From Prorocentrum cordatum (Eukaryota): a stretch of DNA of 64,000 nucleotides. The notes beneath the pieces are model-generated. The model made no database searches. It was not told where the DNA came from and worked only from the letters and a program-made list of their open reading frames with translations. Made by a program: the position numbers and the translations under genes. Shown here piece by piece: positions 35,501 to 45,680 of this stretch. The DNA is taken from NCBI GenBank assembly GCA_963575745.1, contig CAUYUJ010000325.1:62001-126000 (forward strand), given 5' to 3'. Positions within the stretch are counted from its first letter, which is position 1; each line of letters begins with the position of its first letter.

Positions 35501-36990
35501 TGCTGCTGGTCGGTCGGGATCGTTTTTGCTCTGTGGAAGATGCATGCTGGTACGTCGCCGTCTGTTCGTGCATAAGCCTTTCTTCCGCCTCCAGTGCTCC
35601 GCGCTGACGTCGGTGAAGCGGTTGGTCGCGATGTCGGCGTCGAGGCTGCAAGTCCTGAGGGGGCGGTTCCTGAAGACGGGCAACAAATTACACTGCCGTA
35701 TTGGTCTCGCATCGAATTCTGGAAGACACGGGTATTCTCAGCGGGAGGCGGAGGGAGGTAGGGGAGAGGAAAATTCGAATACCCGAGTGTGTTGACAAAA
35801 ACCTCCAAAACTTTCAGGGCCAAGGAAGCCTCCAAGAAGCCTCCAAGGGGCAACGCAACAATCGTGCAATGGACTTCTGGCAGCACAAAGAGCAGGAAAT
35901 GCACAGGAGGCGCAGCGGGTCGGGTAGGCAGGGTCGGGGGGTCCTTCAGAAAGCAGGAGGGGACACGTTGTTTCACGGGCGCTCGTTGACCCGCGAGAAT
36001 GAAAAGATGCAGCCTGGACAGGGGTGAGAGCACGGCCATGCGCACCTTCAAATATGTTTGTCAACGAGGCCCTCAACACCGAAGATGTAGTCGGTAGCGA
36101 GAACACGATTCCTGAATACAGTGTGGAGCAGTCTCAGGCGAAACCGCCGCCTGACCGACGCTGTCGACCTGGCGATCTCGAGCTCCCCGTCCCCACTGTG
36201 GGATTTCTGTTGTCCCTTTTTACTTCCATGAGAAACCTCTAGGGCAAAACTGCCCAGCGGCTTCCAGCTACCCCGAGGAGGTATCCGTCGACTTCAGCAT
36301 GCTGGGGGGAGAAAGCGTGTGAAATGATGAGGAGGACGGGGGGGGAGTCAGGGAGCGGCGCCAGAGCTCCTCAACGCACCTCCCTGGCCCTCGAAGCCTC
36401 TCCAGGACGGTGCAAGAACGGCTCCAATGCGCCCCAGGAGCCTCAAGACGATTCTAGATGGCCGCAAGACAGTTCGAGAAGCTCCCAAGACGCCCGAAGA
36501 GGGCTCCAAGAGGACACCCAAGACCAATGATTTTCTAAAATGTTGATTCAAAACAATAAAACTTGTGCGCTCGCAGTGTTGGCCTAAACGCGCCCCACAC
36601 CATCCCAAGATGGACCAAGAGACCCGGAAAGGGACCCGGAGACGGCCCAAGAAGGGCCCCCAAACCGCCCGAGGGACCCCGAAGACGGCCCAAGAAGTGC
36701 CCAAGAGGGCCCCGACCCGAGGGGGGTAACTCGAAGGGGCTCGGGGGAGCCTCGCCCCCTCCAAGATGGCCTCTAACATGCCCCCGAAGGAGCCCCCAAG
36801 AGGCCGCCAGGCGGCCCCACGGCGCTCCCGGGAGGCCTCACACGGCCCCCTCGGACCTCCAAACGGTCTCCAAGAGGCGCCGCAACACATCCCGGGCGAC
36901 TTCCAAAAAGCCTCGTCGTCCTGCACCTTCTCACCTTTTGAAATCCAGTTCCACAAGAAACGAAGCCGCTGCATCCCCTGAATCACTGTT
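26600..36990 (-). CDS. Multi-exon host gene of unknown product (partial model; ends uncertain)
   Basis: Phase-compatible exons 27811-27762, 27159-27091 and 27030 to about 26845, joined by GC-AG introns, give PDAVRNGGRIASLRME|CLKKHVHRTSVAVLPWPPWASLE|DPWTTWVHRTALASIEASSIPDLGIVRRICSAF. Candidate upstream exons at 35944-36130 and about 36900-36990. Confidence 0.4.
27170..27320. mobile_element. Degenerate copy of the GATTTCT/AGAAATC hairpin MITE family
   Basis: GGATTTTCTCGGATCGGCG...CGCCGATCCGAGAAATCC...CTCCTTCGA. Confidence 0.65.
27545..27740. mobile_element. Degenerate copy of the same hairpin MITE family
   Basis: GGCATAAACAT..GGTCCGCGTGGATT...GATCAAAGAAATCCGCGCGGAACC. Confidence 0.65.
28681..28892. 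mobile_element. 212-bp MITE inserted in the LINE
   Basis: TIRs of about 45 bp: TGGACGCCCG..ATGGGTAC.GA.AGAATGGGTACAATGCCCAACA and its inverse. GTCGA duplicated at 28676-28680 and 28893-28897. Confidence 0.85.
31050..32432 (-). CDS. Intronless 460-aa hypothetical protein with an N-terminal helical region and a PAM2-like motif
   Basis: Uninterrupted ORF starting 36 nt after the SL; WNPEAPVFVP at 32013-32042 resembles the PAM2 consensus LNxxAxEFxP. Confidence 0.7.
   Translation of the reverse strand: MAIRDGAECAPRRTAQDRKAARLWAIRSADRAVSKLSEELGRIREQHMQLLDFVGALAGGDAELADRLLALAPALQDLLRGRLPSHVSVLRRNVALHSDASGVSIASAGVHALKSLQKGPRLECRQEGFAWNPEAPVFVPQGSDLFEQFMPTFEGEQAEILLRELGHLTAQAPRAEAVQPEAEFAEGPPGCEVQHAHLAAGASVDYHAEQAVYEPGADEHRHRLRRYRSFPAPADALPKGSAVDPTSLHGLPGSIRPERADVCMNAFDVFGPGGTAGSAADSAEFDYQEVGAADAEVDTTCSVSEAAPQASTSVLAYLRAHPAALLSGGGGALAAPVAGGTGPGAGFEGSRVRRRRGASMGRRARRVRFDLRPVVIGTAFEEESEEAPPRGGGAGGVDEPVRGLWAFLDDLSLASIACVAHGPSLSLERLLVLAEAQGQDGSPCVRTLIPFAPCIRISCI
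32469..32489 (-). other. Genomic copy (relic) of the dinoflagellate spliced leader
   Basis: Exact CCGTAGCCATTTTGGCTCAAG. Confidence 0.97.
36370..36900. repeat. CCCAAGAGG/CCTCTTGGG-rich dispersed repeat (related copies near 7200-7320, 10800-11950, 27320-27540, 49050-49550)
   Basis: Shared GGCCCCAAGA/CTCCAAGAGG motifs. Confidence 0.7.
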
Positions 36991-37132
36991 ACCCTGGGGG
37001 TCGGCAGAATGACGTTGGCCTAGCGAATAACCATGCTGCGTGAATTTCTATGCTGCATCCACACTGTGGCGGGGTTCGCCGCAGGCAGCTGGATAGAAAA
37101 AAGTAGCATGCGGCATGCGTACAGAGGATGCG

Positions 37133-39050
37133 TCAGGCCTTGCCCAGGATTCTCAATGCGTGCTGCTGCTGTCCAGCGGACCAGAAGCTGCCACCCGCAA
37201 CCTTCTGAGAAGGCCCACGCGGTGGAGATCCGTCACCACCTGCTACCTCTGGAGCAGCACTCTTCCTCTCCATCACGTACTGGGCCCACTCCACCTCCAT
37301 CACGTTGGTCTCCCCGGTGTCCAGATTGTGGACCGTGAACGGCAAGACGTTACCATGGATGGAAGAAGAACGCGCGGCATAGACATGAACTGTCGGACCT
37401 CCGCGCGAAACTCTCGGGTCTGAGCCAGACCCACATCCCTATCGCGAGGAGCGCGCTGGGGGCGGCGCCGTTGGGGGCCCTCGGCGCAGATTCGAGAAAT
37501 CCGCGGGGACCTCCGAAAAATGATGCTCATGCCGCCTTCTCTCCTCCCGACATGGGGTGCACTCTTCTCGTGGCCAGGTCTGAACGCCTGCGGCATGACC
37601 ACGTCGGCGCCGCCCTCGCCCTCGAGCCGGCACCGCTCCAGCACGGGGTCGGCCCGACCGCGCACGTGCCAGCTCGCCTGGCCCGTGTTCAGGTCCTTCT
37701 CGACCACAAGCTCCGTCTCGTCGGGACAGCCCGAGGCGAAGGCGGCCTCCAGGTCGGACAACATCCTTCGAGGAAGGACAAGAGTGCATACATATAAACT
37801 GTCGGAATTCCGCTGGGATTTCTTGGATCGGCGCTCGCCCGCCTGGCGGCGCCTCCGGCGCGGCCCCTGGCGCGCCGCGCGCCAGGGAAGGGGGTCCAGT
37901 GCCAATCCGAGAAATCCTCGCGGAGCTCTGAACATGATGTCTTCGTATGTGATGTGTCTTACTTCGAATCCTGTGGGTGACCTGAAAGTCTGATGCAGCG
38001 TCGAGCAACCTTTCGGCATCCCACTTCCGCGTGCGCGTGAAGCGCTTCAGGAACGTCAGCACCTCGCAGCCATCGAAAGCCAGGAGGGAGTCCTGAACTT
38101 CGTAGAGCAAAGCAAGGCCAACCTGCGCAATCACCTCCCAGCCCACTAGGAGGAAGCGGTCCCAGATGCGGCGAACCAAGGGCTGCGCGAGGTCACTCGC
38201 GAAGAGGGTCAAAAACCACTGCACCGCGTAGTATTCGGAAGTGATGCCATGTCTCTGCAGCCCACCATGTACACCCGGAAGAAAGCATTCCACCAAACGA
38301 TCAAACTGCCAAGTGGTAACGCCAAGCTTGGGGAAGCGCGGCCTGTAGAAGTCGGCCAGCGAGTATCGAAAGAGCAGCGCCTGCGCGCAGTGGAAGACCA
38401 GAGCCTCGTCGTCAGGGAACACACAGATGAGGGTCGCGATGACGAAATTGAGACTCTGTACATAGCCGATGTCACAGAGCTGCACCGCCAGCGCGTGGAG
38501 GACCCGGAAAAGAGCTCCTTGGCCCCTGCCGGCCTTGTCCCGGAAGAGAGCCTCCTGCGGCAACGTCCGCCCCAGGTCGCGCCGGATCACGTCGTCGTAC
38601 GAGGACGGTGCCAGGCCCAGGCTGTGGTACGAGTCCTGCACGGCCTCGGACTGCATGTTTGAAGGAACAAAGAGCGGCAGAAGCATAACTTCTCTGAGGT
38701 CCGAGCAGATTTCTTGGATCGGCGCTGGGCCCCTCCCAGGCGCGCGGAGCGCGCCAGGGGCGGCGACCGAGGCGCCGCCAGGGGGGGCCCAACTCCGATC
38801 CGACGAGAGGTCCGCGCGGGCCTCCAAGAGATCATGTTTATGCCGTTGTTGGTTCCTCGGATGCTCAGGCCATCCATGAAGACCGCCTTCCACGCCCGCG
38901 CCCGCTGCGACGGGTCCAGGTCGGTCTGCCACATCGCCGCCGACTCCGCCTGGCGCTCCCACAGCTGCCTCCACGCGCGGCTCGCGCAAGCGGCCTCGTG
39001 CCAGGACGGCGGCGCAAGCCACAGCCTCAAGTGCCCAGCTGCTACCGATG
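37133..39050 (-). CDS. Rab GTPase-activating protein (TBC domain) with a possible F-box-like N-terminus; exons approximately 39050-38861, 38654-37971, 37765-37551, 37353-37133; 5' exon not resolved
   Basis: RARAWKAVF, VIRRDLGRTLP (IxxDxxRT Arg finger), IGYVQSLNFV (YxQ Gln finger), QWFLTLF, RRIWDRFLLVGW. No stops in the exons once the MITEs are removed. Confidence 0.9.
37359..37550. mobile_element. Hairpin MITE/introner copy 1 in the TBC gene
   Basis: Imperfect TIRs. CATGG duplicated at 37354-37358 and 37551-37555. Removal joins SAPH|GNVLPFTVHNLDTGE. Confidence 0.8.
37768..37967. mobile_element. Hairpin MITE/introner copy 2, equivalent to GA-AG intron 37766-37970
   Basis: TCGA...TCGA termini. 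ATCCT duplicated at 37763-37767 and 37968-37972. Removal joins FQVTHR|MLSDLEAA. Confidence 0.9.
38660..38860. mobile_element. Hairpin MITE/introner copy 3 in the TBC gene
   Basis: Imperfect TIRs. ATGTT/ATGCT flanks (4/5 match). Removal joins FMDGLS|MQSEAVQD. Confidence 0.8.
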
Positions 39051-39212
39051 GTTGCAGAAGAAAAAACAGCATAAGCATCAACGCTCCAGAGCGGGCGCGG
39101 ACCTCCTGGATCAGCGCCTGGACCCCCCCCCAAGCGCGCGGAGCGCGCCATCAACCGCACCCGAGGCGCAGCCAGCGCCGATCCGAGAAATCCGCGCGGA
39201 GCTACGGACACG
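39051..39212. mobile_element. Hairpin MITE copy 4, one arm truncated by the adjacent repeat
   Basis: CAGCATAAGCATC..GGATCAGCGC...GCGCCGATCCGAGAAATCCGCGCGGAGCT. Confidence 0.7.
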
Positions 39213-39214
39213 AG

Positions 39215-39880
39215 TTTGGGGGAATCTACTGACCCAGGTCACTGCAGAACCCGGGTAAGTCAGGCTTCGCAGGATCCTGCACCCAAGCCTGGGTCAGTGC
39301 AGTCCTGGCTCTGCCTGTTTGCATTGACCCCCGTCTCTTGAGCCCCGATATGTGAGTGCCGATTTTCCTTCTTCGAGATGGTTCGGCTACACGCAATGGG
39401 TGACCCCAGGCAAGAGGAGCCTCTGGTGCGCGACTCTCGGTGGGGGGGGCGCGCGGAGGCCAAGCCCGAGCGCGGGAGCTGCTGCTGCCCCATTGCATTC
39501 AGCCACCTGGGGCCCCCAAATTCAAATGTGCCTCGAAGATCCACTGACCTGGGTCCAAGCCCGGGTCAACCTGGCCTTGGATCCTGCAAACTCCAGCGCT
39601 CTGGCTGACCCCCGTTTGCACTGACCCCGTCCCAAGACATACGAGTGCCCGCAGCGGAGGTCACTCCGGCGAAAAGTCACTCTTGCGTGTAGCCGAGTGC
39701 CCCTAGGCAAGAGTGACCTTAGCGAAGAGTGACCTCAGTGCGCGGCCAAGGGCGGACCCTTCGGGGACACCACCAGGCGCGCAAGCCGCTACTACCATCG
39801 CATTCAGCCACCTGGGGCCCCCGAGTGCGCCCGCAGCAAAAGTCACTCCGGGGAAAAGTCAATCGTTACGTGTAGCCGAA
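39215..39880. repeat. Composite repeat with internal direct and inverted segments
   Basis: GCATTCAGCCACCTGGGGCCCC twice; GTTTGCA.TGACCCC twice; TCGGCTACACG inverted against CGTGTAGCCGA (twice). Confidence 0.65.
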
Positions 39881-41824
39881 TGGCGTGCGGCTCCAGGGAG
39901 CCACCTCCAGGCTGGCCGGCCTCGAACTCGCCGCGGCCGCTCCTCCTGCGCTCACCATGTGCGGGCGTCGAGCGCCGATCCCTCGCCGCCGCGCCGCCGG
40001 AGCCGAGGGCACCAGTGACGACGAGTACGTCGCCAGGGAGGCCTGGGAGGCAGGAGCTGCCTCGAAGAAGATGATGGCGCGCCAGAGCGCGGGGGGGAGC
40101 ATCGGGAGAGGGGATGATATGCCTTTTGCAATCCCAGCCTTCTTCCTCGTTCTCGGACTCTGGGGCCAGAGACTGGGCCCCGGGGCCACCGGACATGGAT
40201 CTGGGGCGAAGAGCTACCCCATGGGGAAGGGGTCGGGCCCTCTGGGGCCGCGCATGGGAACAATCACAACGCCGGGCATCTGGGTGTGCATCACCACGAG
40301 GCATCCCCAGAGATCCAACGGCGTCGAAGAGTTCCAGCATCGCCACAGGTCACGGCCGTGGCAGACCCCTGCCGGGTCGACCTGCGAGTGCCCTGGGGCC
40401 AAAGACAGGGCGGAAACGCCCAAAATGAAAGAATGGCCGCGCACGGAGGGCCCAGCTTGTAGGGCACGGGCCAGAGCGCGTTGTCGGTTCCCCCGGCCAG
40501 GCCAGCGAATGGCACATTTACATCGTGCCAGGGCCTCGCCCCGGAGTAGCCCCGTGGATGCCTGCCAGGTGGTGCACGAGCGCAGGAAAGCGAAGGGATG
40601 ACGATGAGAAAAATACGGTGAGAGCATTGGATCGGGAACCAATCCATACGGGATCCAGGGTCTGGAAGCCAGTGCAACCCCAACCGTGGACTGGCCATGG
40701 GTATCACTGCCGTCCTCATCAGGTAAGGAGTCCTCCAAGATCTGAAGCATCCTGGGCATATTTCTTAATCACTGCCCCCACCGTATTGTTCTGCCGCTGC
40801 GAATTGTTGTGGGAAAGAACGACCAAAAAATCTCAATGACGACGAACTCGACGACGACGACGACGACGGCGTGGAACCCAATGTATGAAACATTGCCCAG
40901 CGCGCTGCTGCGTGACGGGCCAACCTGGGCAGCTCTTTTGGAGGCCTCCCCAACTGGAATCCGCGTAGATGAGGTCGGAGGATCGCGCCACATCGCCGAT
41001 GCAGCGCCAATGCATCGGCGAGGTCGGCGATGCATCGGCGCCGTCGGCGTGGAGGAAATCGGGCCCCACATCGAGCCGAATCGCCGATGCATCGGCGATG
41101 CGGCGCGATCCTCCGATCCCATTACTCGGACCCCATGTGGAAGGGTTGGATCTGAATCGTCATCCCACATTGGAAGCGTCTGAGGGGTCTGAACTGGTTG
41201 GGACCCTCCAAATTTTGTCGGGAGGAGGACGACGCCAACTCTGTTCAAAATCGGTCCCTGGACCCCTCCTCCCGGAGTCCAGTTGGTGCAGTTCTGTCAC
41301 CCAAGATCCGTTTGTTTTTATGGCCCAAAGGCCCGAAGACGGCCCCAAGAGGCCGAAAAAGCAAACAAACAAAAAAAAAAAACCTTCCCGAACCCAGATT
41401 CTCGAACCGGCCCGCCCTTCCTACTGGCTGGAATCAATGCTGGGCAACCTCAGAGCCCCAGACGGCTCGAAATCCCGCATTGATCTCCCTCTCCCGGGAA
41501 GACCCGCGGCGGCACCGAGGGGGGCGGGGGGGGCGCGGGCGGCGCTCGGGCCGAAACGTGGCGATGGGCTGCTCGGCGGCGCACGCGCCCTTCGGGCAAC
41601 GACCTCGCGCCCGCAGGCAGGCAGCAGGAGAATGACGAGATGGAATGAGGGGCAAGGATACGGCAAATTCGTGTCGTGTCGACTTCGGCGGTTTCTGACA
41701 CCGTGGGGATCGTTCAACCCTGAACGATCGGCCGGTTTCGAGAAGTCAGACCGTTCAACGTCGCCCGATTCTGGGTCGCTCGCGGCGTTCAAAGGGCCGG
41801 GCAGTGCTACACGCCCCGGGCGGA

Positions 41825-42337
41825 GCTTAGCTTAGCTTAGCTTCAGCTTAGCTGCGCGTAGCTGTAGCTTAGCTTAGTTGTATCATATGATGTCATATCG
41901 TAGCCCAGCATCGCATATCATAGCGCAGCATATCATGGCATGGCATATCATAGCATAGCGCAACATAGCACATTATATCATAGCATCGCGCTGCATATCA
42001 TAGCGTACCATAGCCTTGCATAACATAGCGCAACCTAGCGTAGCTTAGCATCGCGCACTATAGCATAGCATAGCATAGCATAGCATAGTGCAACATAGCA
42101 TAGCATAGCAGAGCAAAGCAGCAAAGCAAAGGCAAATCAACAGCAAAGCACAAGCAACGCAAAGCAAACAAAGGCAAAAGAAAGAGCACAGCAAAGGAAA
42201 GGCAAATCAAAAACAATGTGGTGACGATGAAGATGGTGATGGTGCTGGTGATGATGCTGATGATGACGATGATGGTGACGATGGTGATGGTGCTGGTGAT
42301 GATGCTGGTGATGATGATGATGATGATGCTGATGATT
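41825..42337. repeat. Compound microsatellite (AGCTT)n-(AGCAT)n-(AGCAA)n-(GAT)n
   Basis: Directly visible. Confidence 0.9.
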
Positions 42338-42959
42338 TGAACGCCACTCGCAGAAGCCAAGCACGGCCCTGCTCCCAGCGCCAGCTGGACCCCTCGTGCT
42401 GGCGAATCGCCTCACACGCCCCCGCAGTGGAGAGGAAGAGCGAAAGACGCGCTCCGAGACAGGTATGCGGCGTCACCTGGAACAACGCAGCTCGTGCCAT
42501 CCTCCAGGCCGTGCAACCCTCAAGCCGAAGGTCGCCCACCGAAACCACTCCCTGGGAGCAGAGGTGTGCGGCGTCACATGTGACAGCACAGCGCGCGCTA
42601 TCAGACAAGCCGCGCCACCCTCAAGCCGAGGGTAGACAGCCGAAGCTGTTCCCTCGAATGACACGCGCGTGAGAGAGTAAATCTCTAAGCTGTGGAGAAT
42701 GGATGGATCAGCGCGAGGAAAAAAAAAACAGGGGGGGAACCGCCACAATGGCAACCCCACTGCAATGACACCAGAGGTAATTCCTGTCCAGGTCACGTGA
42801 TCCATCCTGCTTCACTATTGATATTACCTTGGTTCCATTCATAGCCAAGTTCTGTCACGATGCATGGGGAATCGCTCATCGATTTGCAGCAGACGTCCAA
42901 ACCAACGCGATAATCGCCATACGAAACTATCGTAGTCTCCACCCTGTTTGGATGCGTCA

Positions 42960-44040
42960 TCTTGTCCTCGCTGTAACCTCGGACAGCGCCCCAAGCAAAG
43001 CCCGCGAAGGCAGGAGGACCAGGATCAGCATGTACAACTTGACCTCCAAGATTGGCACGATCAGCTTGAAGACCAATATCGGCTTGCCCAGCTTGAAAAC
43101 CAAAATCGGCGCCAGCAGCGGGAAGACAGAGGCCAAGCCCAGCGTGAACAACAGGAGGACGAAGATCGGAAAGACCAGCTTGATGACATGGATCGGCATG
43201 CGCAGCTTGAAGGTCACGTTCGGCACGTGCAGCAGGGCCCAGGTCCGCAATTGCAAGAGGAAAACCGAATGTGCCATGAACAGCTGAAGGACCAAAATCG
43301 GCAGCAGCAGTTTGAAGATCACGACCGGCACGTACAACGTGAAGCCCAAGATCGGCACGTTCAGCTTTACACCCAGATCAGCATGCGCAGCTTGCCGAAC
43401 AAGAGCGGCCCTTTCAGCTGGAAGACCAAGATCGTCAAGCCCAGTTTGTGGACCAAGATCGGTGCCCACAGCTTGAAGACCGAGATCGGCACGTACAGCG
43501 TGACGGCAAAGATCGGCATGCATAGCTGGATGACCCAGTTCCGCAGGGGGGAACAGGAGCACCACGCGCGGCAAAAAGAGCGCCATGACCAAGACCGTCA
43601 GCTTGAAGGCCAAGATCGGCGTCCCCGCGATCATCGGCAAGAACACGAGGAGGATAATCCTCGGCAGCAGCAGGATGAATAGCCGCAAGTGCACCAACAT
43701 CATGCCGAAAAGTCTCAAGAAGAACTGCCTCCAACTCGAGCGCGGTCGGCCCTGGCCAGAACTCGTCGGCGCCCATGTTGAACTGAAGGTGTGGAACGAC
43801 GGCGCGCAAGGAAGATCGCCTTGACGCCTCGGCGCCCTCGCAACTGGGCACCCTATGCCAGCAGACCAAGGGTCTAGACCCCCGCTCCAGGGATCCTCCG
43901 GACCATCCGCAGGAACATCGCCGATGCTACGGCGCCGCCCACCAGCACCAGGACCAGAGCTCTGATCACCACCTCCTCCGTCCTTGTCTCCTCCGTCATC
44001 TCCGCCTCCAGCACTCCTTGCAGGACGGGCGCGTGGAAGC
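42960..44040 (-). pseudogene. Decayed ORF with DPW motifs, a PAM2-like motif and 27-bp (9-aa) repeats
   Basis: EDPWSGGLDPWS and, in a shifted frame, FNMGADEFWP (43753-43782). Period-27 repeat GACCAAGATCGGCACGTACAGCTTGAA on + at about 43015-43625. Confidence 0.45.
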
Positions 44041-44376
44041 ACGGGCTTACAATATATGGTAATCTCGCTGATGCCAGAGTGTCGATGTCGGTGGCGGTGG
44101 TCGCTGCTGCACTGCAACGGCTCCCGAGCTCGAAAAGACTGCACGACCGCTAGCATAGGCGCCTTGCAGGTGGATCTTGAAGACGCACTTCTCCGAGGAT
44201 GTGTCACTTTTGAAGTTGGCGTGCATGGTGATGGTGGCGCCATCTTGGAGTTGCCGCTCCAGCAACGCCAGGCGCGCACAGCACAGCATGGCATGGGGAG
44301 CGAAGCAGGGCTGGGCCGAGGGGCGCAACTGCGTCGGTGTAGCCCGCGTGTCAGCAAATGCTCGACCAAGCGGGCT

Positions 44377-44418
44377 ATGATGATGGTGCTGTTGCTGATG
44401 ATGATGATGATGCTCAAA

Positions 44419-44489
<71 letters not shown>

Positions 44490-45680
44490 AATGATGATGA
44501 TGATGCTGATGATGGCTATGATGATGATGGTGCTGGTGATTATGAATATGCTGCTTGCAATTGGTGGTGGTGCTGGTAATGGTGCTAATGATGATGATTA
44601 CGATGATGCTACTGCTGACGATGATGGTGGTGCTGACGGTGATGCGGGCCAATATGATGGCGATGGTGATTGTGATGATGATGACGATGATGATGATGAT
44701 GATGAAAATGATGATGAACATGATGATGATGATGATGATGATGATGATGCTGATGCTGATGAGTGTGCCGATGATGCTGCGCAAATCATGACGATGCTGA
44801 TGAAAATCATGTTTATGATGGTGGTGATGATGATGAAGCTGGTAATGGTGATGGTGATGATGACGCGGGTGATCTGAAGGTGTCACAATGTTGGCGATAT
44901 CCATAATGGGAAAGATGGTGATGATGGTGACGGTGATGAAAGCGACGACGACGATGACGGCGACGACGATGCGGATGCTGATGCTGATGATGGTGTTGAC
45001 GCCGATGCTGATGATGATGTTGCTGATGATAAAGGAGGTCGTGTAATGGTGTAGTGGTGATGGTGATGAGAACGCGCATGCGGGCGATGCGGATGACGAT
45101 GTTGTTGCTGACGATGATGATGATGCGGATGCTGATGATGATAGTAATGATGATGCTGATGCTGAGTATACGGATGATGCTGATGATACGTATGATGACA
45201 ATGTTGTGAACTGGTGGTGATGACGATAATGATGCTGTCGATGGGATGGTGATGGGGATGGTGATGTTGGTGGTGATGATGACGATGGTGATGGTACTGA
45301 CGATGATGATGACGGTGATGATTTTTGTGATGATGCTGCTGCTGATGATGATGATGACGGCGATGATGATGGCAATGCAGATGATGGTGATTATGATGAT
45401 GATGATGCTGGATATGGTGGTGGTGATGATGCGGGTGATGATGGTGATGAGGATGGTTGCGACGAAGAAATTTAAGACAAGGGAAATAGTATACCGTTAT
45501 GGTGATGCTGATCTGAGAATTATGATGATGGTGAATATGATGATGACAGCGACGAAGACGATGACGGCGACAACGATGATGATGCGGATGATGATGCGAA
45601 TGATGATGCTGATATTGATGTTGATGCTGATGCTGCTGATGATGAAGGTGGTGGTGTGATGGGGATGGGGATGGCGATGA
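44377..45680. repeat. Degenerate (GAT)n low-complexity tract
   Basis: Directly visible; source of the poly-M/D/H/I pseudo-ORFs. Confidence 0.95.

Larger units (their letters stand above)
27880..35900 (-). mobile_element. Decayed non-LTR retrotransposon (RTE-like LINE: APE endonuclease plus RT), with nested inserts
   Basis: Endonuclease motifs FVLLNETW, HGVALII, ILAGDFTAQVG (33.2-33.8 kb). RT motifs GKAPDTKGLLAEMLK, WVAALDFKKTLDSVEH, GTKQGDP, NLRFADDVLL, ALYGAETW (28.9-30.2 kb). Multiple frameshifts; long CCGA/CCA-rich expansions; ends approximate. Confidence 0.9.

Noticed and set aside
33801..35795. Long Val/Gly/Trp-rich membrane-like ORFs on +
   Set aside because: Antisense reading of the CCA/CCGA-rich low-complexity part of the LINE.
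37439..39211. 590-aa ORF taken as the TBC protein
   Set aside because: Only about 37971-38654 is in the true frame; both ends read through MITEs in the wrong frame.
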